Virus record (IMG/VR): IMGVR_UViG_3300036832_000539
Coordinates: 1 to 48,652 of that record
Reading direction: 5' to 3' (one strand)
Length of the DNA stretch: 48,652 bases
Origin: a virus
Positions within the stretch are counted from its first letter, which is position 1, and the number at the start of each line of letters is the position of its first letter. This document shows positions 40,077 through 47,672 of the stretch, one piece after another. Both the position numbers and the translations under genes were made by a program. The notes beneath the pieces are model-generated. The model made no database searches, had not been told where the DNA came from, and saw only the letters and a list, made by a program, of their open reading frames with translations.

Positions 40077-40958
40077 CTATCGCGCCCGCCGGGCGAAGAT
40101 ATGGCCGCCAGCGGAAACGGAGCCGCTGCTGAACCCGCTCTGCACGTTGAGAAAAACGGTCTGCCCGCCCGAGGTATTGATACGCTGGTAGGGGATTGGC
40201 CCTTGCCAGCCGCCGATACTGTTGGTGGTCAAGGCCACCAGCACTTCAGCGCCGCCGATTGTGGTCGCGACGGTATTGATGCAGGCGACGATGCTGCCCG
40301 CAACGGTACCGCTCATTGAAAAGATGAAGTCGCCCCAGACATCCCAATCCCCTGCCGTCAACGCCAGTGATCCGGCATTGGCAGCGACGTTGTTGGTTAG
40401 GCCGACAAACCCGATGCTTATACCGAGAAATTCGCCGACCTGACCGGCAGCGGCGTTGCTGGCGTTGGTTACGCCGACGATCCCGCCCGATGGCGTCACC
40501 GGACCCGTAAAACTAGCTGTACCGCCGAACGTCGCGTTGCCGGTGTGGGTTGAAGTCGTCGTAACACTGAGCGAGTTAGCCGTCAGCGCCCCCGTAACTG
40601 TTTCCGCCCCGTTAACGGTCAAAGGGCCGGCGATGCCGCCGCTGGCGGTCAGGGCGCCGGTCACGCCCAAAGTGCCTGTGACCGTCTCGTTACCGTTGAC
40701 GGTCAAGGGACCGGCGATACCGCCGCTGGCGGTCAAGGCCCCGGCAACGCTGGTCGCGCCACCGATCGTCATCGTGCCGGTGACCGTCTCGTTGCCGGTA
40801 ATCGCCAGTGGGCCAGGATTGATCGTGCCGCCGCTGAGGGGCAGATAAAGACCGCTCGCGCCCTGGACGACCCATTTTGTGCCGTCCCAGGTCCACGTCG
40901 TACCGCCGCTGGTGAATTGCTGGCCGTTGGTCGGGCTGGCGGGGAAATCGAGGGCCAT
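40077..40958 (-). CDS. Tail fibre protein with a beta-helical repeat shaft, 293 aa
   Basis: N-terminal FPASPTNGQQFTSGGTTWTWDGTKW, then repeated GNETVTG...LTASGGIAGPLTVNG units. Confidence 0.7.
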   Translation of the reverse strand: MALDFPASPTNGQQFTSGGTTWTWDGTKWVVQGASGLYLPLSGGTINPGPLAITGNETVTGTMTIGGATSVAGALTASGGIAGPLTVNGNETVTGTLGVTGALTASGGIAGPLTVNGAETVTGALTANSLSVTTTSTHTGNATFGGTASFTGPVTPSGGIVGVTNASNAAAGQVGEFLGISIGFVGLTNNVAANAGSLALTAGDWDVWGDFIFSMSGTVAGSIVACINTVATTIGGAEVLVALTTNSIGGWQGPIPYQRINTSGGQTVFLNVQSGFSSGSVSAGGHIFARRAR

Positions 40959-42355
40959 CAGCGTGCCCCCTCAAGCGCTTCGAGCCGGGCCAAGAGTTCT
41001 TTAACCGCGTTGCACAACGCGTAGATCAGCGGGCCACTGTCGATGGTGTCGACTTGCGCCTCGCCGATGGTCGCGGTTCCTTTCAACTCGTCGAGCGCCA
41101 CATTTTCGTGGATGAGGCCGACAAAACTTCGATCGGTCGGCAAGCCGTGCTCGCCGCTATAACGGTAGCTGACGGGTTCGAGCGCGAGCACCGCCGCCAG
41201 CCCTTCCGACCACGGCGCGATGTCGGTCTTGACCGTAGCCGAAGACGGCGCCGACCACGAACCGCCGCCGGGCTTGACCGCCAGGCTGGAAGTCACGCCA
41301 AACGAGCCATCATTTGGCAAGTACATCGAACTGTTTGGCCCCGGGGATGTATTGGTTAGCTGCAACTGACCGGAACTATTGAAGAACTGCAGCGTGGCGC
41401 GGATCGATGCCGAGGGATCGAAAAGAACAAGCGCCGGGTCCGTCGCCGATGCTGTGCCGTGAACACCAACATTATTGTTGCAAGCAACAGTACCGGAAAA
41501 CGTCGCCTGCCCGTTCCCCGCGATCCGCAGCGTCTCGGTCAGCGTCGCGTCGGCCGTGGCGCGCCGGGTCGAGAAAACGATGTCGCCTTGCGTGTTGCCC
41601 CCGCCGTTGGTGGCCCAACCTTGGATCGCGGCAAACCGCCACGACTGGTTCGCCGCGCTAAACAGGATCGCGCCGCCCTGACCGGCGGCCGCCGTCGCAT
41701 CGTCCAGTTCCAGGGTGTTGGCGAGATTGCCGACCGTGTTGAAGCCAACCGGACCCTGACCCGGGCCGGATACCAAGACCCTGGCGTTATTGACGCTGGT
41801 CGCCGCGCTAACGGCATTCACATTGCCGGCCAGCGTCGCATTGCCCGACAGGTTGAGCGTGGTGCCGGAAATCGCCGCCAGCGTTGTCGCGCCGGTCACG
41901 CCGAGCGTACCGCCCACGGTGAGGTTGCCGGGGCCGGCCAGGGCGCCGCCGGTTCTGGGCAGGTAGGGCGTGGCGACATCGATGGTCGGCGGGTTGGTCC
42001 CGCTGTTGAGGGTGAGGCCGGGGCCGGCTTGGAGGTTTAACGCGCCCTGCGGCACGGTGACGGCAACCCACTGGGTTGAATTTCCGTCGTTATAACGGAT
42101 GAAAAGCTGCCCGCTGACGGTGTCAAACCAGGCGACCCCGGGATAGGCGTTTGCGGGGGCTGCCGCGGCGACGACCACGTAGCCACCCAGGCTGACGTCA
42201 CTGGCATTGGATGAAAGTAGGAGGCGGTTGCCGCCGGCGGCACCCATCCACAGGCGCGTATCGGTGCCGAGTTCAACGCTAAAACTGCCCGGCAGCAAGG
42301 CCGCCGGCGGGTTGTTTGTCGTGGTGCGTAGGATCTGGACGGTCTGTTGCGCCAT
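40958..42355 (-). CDS. Tail fibre/spike with a C-terminal peptidase S74 intramolecular chaperone domain
   Basis: SSATVKTDIAPWSEGLAAVLALEPVSYRY...FVGLIHENV matches the S74 chaperone-of-endosialidase pattern (nt about 40958-41245). The ATG at 42355 lies 6 nt after GAGGA. Confidence 0.75.
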   Translation of the reverse strand: MAQQTVQILRTTTNNPPAALLPGSFSVELGTDTRLWMGAAGGNRLLLSSNASDVSLGGYVVVAAAAPANAYPGVAWFDTVSGQLFIRYNDGNSTQWVAVTVPQGALNLQAGPGLTLNSGTNPPTIDVATPYLPRTGGALAGPGNLTVGGTLGVTGATTLAAISGTTLNLSGNATLAGNVNAVSAATSVNNARVLVSGPGQGPVGFNTVGNLANTLELDDATAAAGQGGAILFSAANQSWRFAAIQGWATNGGGNTQGDIVFSTRRATADATLTETLRIAGNGQATFSGTVACNNNVGVHGTASATDPALVLFDPSASIRATLQFFNSSGQLQLTNTSPGPNSSMYLPNDGSFGVTSSLAVKPGGGSWSAPSSATVKTDIAPWSEGLAAVLALEPVSYRYSGEHGLPTDRSFVGLIHENVALDELKGTATIGEAQVDTIDSGPLIYALCNAVKELLARLEALEGAR

Positions 42356-42365
42356 GTCAAATCCT

Positions 42366-42992
42366 CTAGTACGTGCCGCAGTCGATGGCACCAGCGCTCA
42401 GCGCTGTCGCGGCGCCGTTGCCGGTGATCGACATGCCATCGGTCGTGACCGGATGGTTGTCGACGTAGCTCTTGGTAACCGCCTGGTTGGCTTGGGTCGG
42501 GGCGCTGGCCGGGAGGATCAGGGCGTTGGTCAGGGTGCCGCCGCTGAGTTGGAGATAGGTTAGGTTAGCCTGGGTCAGGGTCAGGACCTGGGTCCATGCC
42601 CCAGCGTGCCTGCCATAAGTGTTAGTATCATTTGGCGCATCGCTAAAAGCGTGGGCGTCGACATATTGTTTGGTGGCGGCTTCGAGGGCGACACCGGGAT
42701 CTTTTGATAAGATCAAAGATCCCAGCATGGTGCCGCCGGCGAGGGGCACCGTCTCGATCCACCCGCCATTATGCCGGCCGTAGACGTTGCCATCAGAGGG
42801 GGCATCGGTGCCCCCCGTCGCGGACGGGACAGCCCAGTAGACGACACCGGCTCCGCTGGTGGTCAGGACTTCGCCGTTCGTACCGCCGCCAATATCAAGA
42901 AATTGCGGGTCGCTGATATTGATCGTGCCTTGCGCGGCCGAGGTTGTGGTGGGGGTGTTGCGCCCCAGCGCGAGTTGCCAGTTGATACTCAT
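42366..42992 (-). CDS. Tail fibre-like protein, 208 aa
   Basis: The internal ATG shares one base with the upstream stop (TGATG). Repeated LSKDP...ATKQYVD and AVTKSYVD motifs are typical of fibre proteins. C-terminal AIDCGTY. Confidence 0.6.
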   Translation of the reverse strand: MSINWQLALGRNTPTTTSAAQGTINISDPQFLDIGGGTNGEVLTTSGAGVVYWAVPSATGGTDAPSDGNVYGRHNGGWIETVPLAGGTMLGSLILSKDPGVALEAATKQYVDAHAFSDAPNDTNTYGRHAGAWTQVLTLTQANLTYLQLSGGTLTNALILPASAPTQANQAVTKSYVDNHPVTTDGMSITGNGAATALSAGAIDCGTY

Positions 42993-44710
42993 CAGGCGGT
43001 GCCTGCCGGGGCGGCATCGATGAGGGCGATGCGGCTTTCGAGGGTGGCGATGCGGGCGTTGAGACCGGCGAGCGTCGTGCCGCTGGCGACTTGCAGGCTG
43101 ATCACCATCCAGGCATTGGCGTCGCTCTGTGGGGGCGTGGAGAACTGGATAAACCCGGGGATGATCGTGTAATCGGTGCCGGGCTGTTGAATGATCCCGT
43201 TGAGCGATACCAGGCAAGCCGTTGAAGATGGCGGGGATAAGGTATCCCCCGCGGCATTCTGCAGGGAGAATTGCTGGGTTGTGCCGTCGAAATGCCAGAT
43301 GGCTGTATTGACCGGCGCGGCAGAGGCTTGCATGGGGAGGCCGACAAGCATCCACTTGTCCGCGTCCGCTTGCGGCGCGGTGGTAAACGTGATGCTGCCG
43401 GCGCTGACCGTGAAATCGACAGTGGATTGCTGGATCACGCCGTTGAGCGAGACGACGCAGTCTTCGGCGCTTGGCGGGGTCAGGAGTTTGCCGGCGCTGT
43501 CGTAGAGCGAAAAAGCTGTCGTTGTGCCGTCAAAGGTCCAGCGATTGGTGTCGACCTTGGCGGCGCTGGGGACCGGGGGCAGGACGACAGGGACCTGGCC
43601 GATGACGACGATCTGCACCGTGTTCGGTGCAGCGATCGCGCCGATGACAAACGTGACGCTGTTGGTGCCCAGAGTATAATCCAGGGTTTCCAGTTGCTTG
43701 ACGCCATTGAGGTAAACCAGAACTTCAGCCGCGGTGACGTCAAACGCGAGGGTGTTGCCGTTGTAATCGACCCCGCTAAAGGTCGTGGTGGGGGTCGTTG
43801 GGAGATAGAGAAATTGGTCGGCGTTGCCGGGAACCGGCTGGACGATGGGGTGCCAGGTTGAGCCGTCCCAGACCTTGGTGACCTGTTCGGTAAGATCGTA
43901 ATACATAGCTCCTTGGGCGATCGGCTCACCGCAAGTATTTTGGGTGGGCGGAGAAGAATAGGCACCCAGCCAATAGTTCTGGATCTCGCAGATGGCTTCC
44001 TGGGTGTCTTGGTCGACGATGAGATGTGCCTGATTGGCCCACCATCTTGACGACCAGTGATCGCCGGTTATGTTCATGACCGCCAGAATATTGGGCGGGA
44101 TCGTGTCGGGCATGTGTTCTGCCCAGGCTTGGGAAACAACGCTGTATTCCTCGCAGAGGTTGGCGTCATAATCGGCATCATTGGCGGAATTGCTGGCGTT
44201 TGTGGCCTGATTGGTGGCCGTTGCCGCCGCGCCCTGCGCGGTTGCGGCAGCAGTTTGAGCGGTGTTGCTGGCGTTGCCGGCAACGCCAGCGCTGGCGCTG
44301 GCCCCGGCGGCGCTGGCTTGGGCGCTGGTGGCCGAACTGCCGGCGGTATTGGCGGATGTGTTGGAAGCGCTCGCATAACTGCTCGCCTGGTCGACAAGCG
44401 GTTGAACCTCGGCCTCGACGTCGCTGGTGATGTCGTCGACGATGCTGGGGTCGAGCTGCGCCTTGCCGACGCTCCCGGGGATGAGCGTGCCATCGGTGTT
44501 GAAGACCGCAGCGTTGAACGTGATCAGTTGGCTAACGGCTTGATTTGTCCGGTCATATTCCGCATCCATGCGGTCGCCGGGCTGGGGGGTGGTGGGGAGG
44601 TTGGTGGAGTGGTCGGTAAACGAAAACTGACGGGAGGGCGGGGCCGGCAGGGCGGCCCTAATGGTGCTGCCGCCGGGGGCTATGCTAAAGGGTTTGGGGT
44701 TTGCCGCCAT
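42992..44710 (-). CDS. Tail fibre/receptor-binding protein with three tandem roughly 75-aa beta-sandwich-like repeats, 572 aa
   Basis: The ATG at 44710 lies 7 nt after GGAGG. It has an Ala/Ser/Thr/Asn-rich shaft and three repeats of the pattern F(S/D)G...V(Y/S)LNG(V/I)(K/I)Q...(D)(Y/F)T...(V/I)(T/Q)F. Confidence 0.65.
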   Translation of the reverse strand: MAANPKPFSIAPGGSTIRAALPAPPSRQFSFTDHSTNLPTTPQPGDRMDAEYDRTNQAVSQLITFNAAVFNTDGTLIPGSVGKAQLDPSIVDDITSDVEAEVQPLVDQASSYASASNTSANTAGSSATSAQASAAGASASAGVAGNASNTAQTAAATAQGAAATATNQATNASNSANDADYDANLCEEYSVVSQAWAEHMPDTIPPNILAVMNITGDHWSSRWWANQAHLIVDQDTQEAICEIQNYWLGAYSSPPTQNTCGEPIAQGAMYYDLTEQVTKVWDGSTWHPIVQPVPGNADQFLYLPTTPTTTFSGVDYNGNTLAFDVTAAEVLVYLNGVKQLETLDYTLGTNSVTFVIGAIAAPNTVQIVVIGQVPVVLPPVPSAAKVDTNRWTFDGTTTAFSLYDSAGKLLTPPSAEDCVVSLNGVIQQSTVDFTVSAGSITFTTAPQADADKWMLVGLPMQASAAPVNTAIWHFDGTTQQFSLQNAAGDTLSPPSSTACLVSLNGIIQQPGTDYTIIPGFIQFSTPPQSDANAWMVISLQVASGTTLAGLNARIATLESRIALIDAAPAGTA

Positions 44711-44865
44711 GCGTTGGCCTCCGTCGTGGCCAACTGTAAAATACGCTGGCCAACAGCGCAATACGCGGTTAGGGTTGGGGTGGTAGTGGATACCAATGAC
44801 TTGAAGGCGCCGCGATCGGTGGGGGCACTCCTGGCGGCGCCTTCTCTTTGTGCTAAACTCCTGAA

Positions 44866-45078
44866 ATGACCGACGAACTGCACTGCTCAGCCTGTGGCGG
44901 CACGGAGCGCCTACGCCCCTATTCGCCGTGGCACAACATCCCGATCTGCCGGCCCTGTTTCATGGTCTGGTATGACCCCACGGAAAGCATCGATGTGACT
45001 GACCCGAAAGCGGTGGGCGAGCTGAGCCTGAGACTGAAGGCGGCGGGTAAGTGGCCGTGGACAAAAGATAATCTGTGA
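44866..45078 (+). CDS. Zinc-ribbon protein, 70 aa; the only plus-strand gene inside the late region
   Basis: CSACGG ... CRPC. Good GC3 bias. No Shine-Dalgarno sequence. TGCTAAACT (44851-44859) ends 7 nt before the ATG. Confidence 0.55.
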   Translation: MTDELHCSACGGTERLRPYSPWHNIPICRPCFMVWYDPTESIDVTDPKAVGELSLRLKAAGKWPWTKDNL

Positions 45079-45110
45079 AAATTTCCCCGCGAAGGGGGTG
45101 ATAGACCACG

Positions 45111-45171
45111 CGGCCCGCGGGCCGATCCCCCGGGGGTGCGGACTAGCCCGCTGGCTGGCGTCCCGGGACGC
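45111..45171. repeat. Second GC-rich palindrome cluster
   Basis: CGGCCCGCGGGCCG (45111-45124), CCCCCGGGGG (45127-45136) and GCGTCCCGGGACGC (45158-45171). Confidence 0.7.
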
Positions 45172-45216
45172 GGCGCCGTCCCGGGCGCCGGCCGTGGCGC
45201 CGCGCGCAATGGTTTG

Positions 45217-45240
45217 CGGCCGGCGCCTAGGGCCGTTTTT
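45217..45240 (+). terminator. Weak intrinsic terminator for the plus-strand zinc-ribbon gene
   Basis: CGGCC / 9-nt loop / GGCCG followed by TTTTT. Confidence 0.35.
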
Positions 45241-45292
45241 GCACGCAACCATCCCTACGATAGGGGAAGGTTTATCGCGTCCTGCCAATGGG

Positions 45293-45793
45293 TTACGCGT
45301 CCTGTCGCGCCACAATGCCGCGCAATCTGTCCAATTCCGCCTCTAATTGCTCCCGGGATAGGGTCGACAGCGGCGCCTCTACCGTATCGCCCGAACGATC
45401 CTGCAGCCGGCCAATGTGGCCATCCATTTCCGCCAACGTTCTCAATGCTGTAACGCGAGCGGAAGCCGGCGCCCGGGGATCTTTGGTCAACTTGGTCAAC
45501 TCGCGCCGGATAGCGTTATCTGGTTTACGCTCCGGTGGCGTTTCCTTATCCCCAAAAAGTGCTTGAAATTGCTTATCTTTCGACAAGTCGGGGAGCGGCG
45601 CCGGCCGTTCACTCTGGTTCGCTTGCGCATTCCTTATTTGCGACGCCTTTAAGCGTTGGTTTCGCTTGTTTTCTCGCCACATAGCGCGGCGACTAGCATC
45701 GCGTTTTTCCTTCGCTTGCCTCGCCGCTCCGACCTTGCGCCGATCAATCTCGCGCATACGGTCTAAGACCGCGTCCCTGTCCTGTCCTGTCAT
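45293..45793 (-). CDS. Possible small terminase subunit / DNA-binding protein, 166 aa
   Basis: Highly basic N-terminal half, then ARVTALRTLAEMDGHIG and a C-terminal coiled coil LSREQLEAELDRLRGI, which I recall being common in small terminases. Weak evidence. Confidence 0.3.
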   Translation of the reverse strand: MTGQDRDAVLDRMREIDRRKVGAARQAKEKRDASRRAMWRENKRNQRLKASQIRNAQANQSERPAPLPDLSKDKQFQALFGDKETPPERKPDNAIRRELTKLTKDPRAPASARVTALRTLAEMDGHIGRLQDRSGDTVEAPLSTLSREQLEAELDRLRGIVARQDA

Positions 45794-46179
45794 GTCCTGG
45801 CGTCCTGTAATGATCTAATCCAACCGCTAGGGTCGATATCGCGCTGCAGGAAGCGCACGAGCATCGCCTTAGCGCGTAAGGCGCCGATACGATGCTGCGC
45901 ACGCAAGTCTCGCCATACCGACAAGCGCGCTAAATCCACCGGGATCAAACCTTCACGCTCCAACTGGCGTAGAACCGCGTGCGCTCGCTTATGTGGATTT
46001 AGCATTGCGTGCGCGTGTCCCCGGCCAGCATGACGATAGCAGACGTCCCGGCCGCGAAGCGTTGGACGTCTACAAACATGGCATTTCGGGAGGTACTGAA
46101 AACCGCTCCGATGTTCCGGCGCGATAACGTGGCGCGTCATGCGTCCTGGCCTAGTCCTGTCCTGTCCGTTATTTGCCAT
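45790..46179 (-). CDS. Hypothetical Cys/His-containing protein, 129 aa; first gene of the late arm
   Basis: CHVC...CYRH cluster. ATGA overlap with the next gene. Confidence 0.5.
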   Translation of the reverse strand: MANNGQDRTRPGRMTRHVIAPEHRSGFQYLPKCHVCRRPTLRGRDVCYRHAGRGHAHAMLNPHKRAHAVLRQLEREGLIPVDLARLSVWRDLRAQHRIGALRAKAMLVRFLQRDIDPSGWIRSLQDART

Positions 46180-46216
46180 ATGGACAAAACCAACGGCAAC
46201 TGATAAAGATATATTC

Positions 46217-46240
46217 GGTTTCGTATGTATTTACGAAGCC
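46217..46240. promoter_or_regulatory. Imperfect 24-bp palindrome in the AT-rich divergent intergenic region (candidate operator)
   Basis: GGTTTCGTA-TGTATT-TACGAAGCC: 8 of 9 arm positions pair. It lies between the late-arm start (46179) and the cobS-like start (46273). Confidence 0.35.
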
Positions 46241-46272
46241 TAATACAAACCAACTAAATAAAGGATCTACTA

Positions 46273-47670
46273 ATGACTAGGTTGACTAACGAACAGCGCA
46301 CGGCCCTACGCCGCGCAATCAACGCGCATCCCGACAAGGAAAAAATTGCACCGAACGTGCACGTTTCTTCGCTGAATAAGGACGCGTTACTTGAACTTGC
46401 GAGCAAGCTGAACCTGAACATCATTTGGGATGGCAGCGTTGCTCCAAAATTGGAAAGCGAGCCAATGACGCCACCGGACAACGTCCCGGCCGTTACGGGC
46501 GATGCGATCGATCAGGCAATCGAAGATGAGGTAGGCCGCATTCGTGGCCTACTGGCCACCGGCGGTTTCGCGCAACTTGACAGCGTCCTAAAAGACCTTG
46601 TGCGGGACGCGCGCAAGCCGGCCGAAATCATCTATCAGCCGGTGGCGCAGCAAGTCGGCGCCGCATCCCCGCTACCCATCGCCAAGCCGGTGAAGCAAGC
46701 GACATGGGGTGTCACCTTTGGCCTACGGGGAGCGCTCGCGTCCCGCAACGTTTCCATTTGGGATGCGCAGGACGCGCCGGCGATCGATCCCGACTATGTA
46801 TGGCCAGCGTCGACAGGCGCCGTATTGTCACAAATGGCGCGCAAGCGTCACGTTTGGCTATATGGCCCTAAGGGGACAGGCAAAACGACGTTTGCCGAAC
46901 AGATTGCCGCGCGCCTTCACCGGCCGTTATCGGTGATTAGTTGCGACGGTGGCATAGAAGCCATCGAGCTGATTGGCCAGAACCTCCCCAAAGATGGCGG
47001 TTTCGTTTGGCAGAATGGCCAGTTGCTGCAAGCGATCCAACGTCCCGGCTGCGTCATCCTAATAGATGAGCCTAGCGTTGCGCGGCCTAGCGCGCTGTTC
47101 GTCTTTCAACACTTGCTGCAGTTTCGCGAGATTTACATTCGCGAAACGGGACAGCGCGTGCAATGCGCGCCGGGAGTGTTGTTTATCGCGGCGGACAACA
47201 CAAACGGGACAGGTGGCGGGAACAAGCACGGCTATACCGACACCAATCGCTTGAACGCGGCGACCTTAGACCGGTTTAGCATCATGGTCCCGATTGACTA
47301 TCTGTCCCCGACCAAGGAACAGCGCGTCCTAGTATCCCGCACGGGATGCACGCCAGCGTTGGCGGATATCCTTGTGAAGGCGGCCGGGTTAACCCGGGCG
47401 ATTGCCGCTAGCGGCAACATCGTCGCGCCCATCGGCTTGCGCCAAATGTTTGGTTGGGCAGAAACGCTAACAGACGGGATCGATCCTAAGGACGCGCTAG
47501 AGTTCGCGATCATTAGCAAGGCGCCCGAACAAGACCGGGAGACGCTACGGCAACAGTGCCTACTCGCGGTCGACCGTGCGGCGATTGCTGCAGCAATCAG
47601 CAACACGCCGGCGCCGGCGCCCGTAGTCCCCGGGACGTTCGCTCCCGTCATCGATGACGAAGGGAATTGA
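46273..47670 (+). CDS. cobS: CobS/MoxR-like AAA+ ATPase, 465 aa
   Basis: Walker A LYGPKGTGKTT, Walker B VILIDEPS, and AADNTNG...TLDRF (sensor/Arg finger region). The ATG lies 7 nt after AAGGA. The N-terminal LNKDALLELASKLNL segment resembles a SAP/Rho-N-like helix pair. Confidence 0.8.
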   Translation: MTRLTNEQRTALRRAINAHPDKEKIAPNVHVSSLNKDALLELASKLNLNIIWDGSVAPKLESEPMTPPDNVPAVTGDAIDQAIEDEVGRIRGLLATGGFAQLDSVLKDLVRDARKPAEIIYQPVAQQVGAASPLPIAKPVKQATWGVTFGLRGALASRNVSIWDAQDAPAIDPDYVWPASTGAVLSQMARKRHVWLYGPKGTGKTTFAEQIAARLHRPLSVISCDGGIEAIELIGQNLPKDGGFVWQNGQLLQAIQRPGCVILIDEPSVARPSALFVFQHLLQFREIYIRETGQRVQCAPGVLFIAADNTNGTGGGNKHGYTDTNRLNAATLDRFSIMVPIDYLSPTKEQRVLVSRTGCTPALADILVKAAGLTRAIAASGNIVAPIGLRQMFGWAETLTDGIDPKDALEFAIISKAPEQDRETLRQQCLLAVDRAAIAAAISNTPAPAPVVPGTFAPVIDDEGN

Positions 47671-47672
47671 GC

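Noticed and set aside
39520-44710. Diversity-generating retroelement targeting the fibre genes (Mtd-like N-terminal motifs suggested it)
   Set aside because: The window has no reverse transcriptase gene. I saw no template/variable repeat pair near any fibre gene's 3' end.
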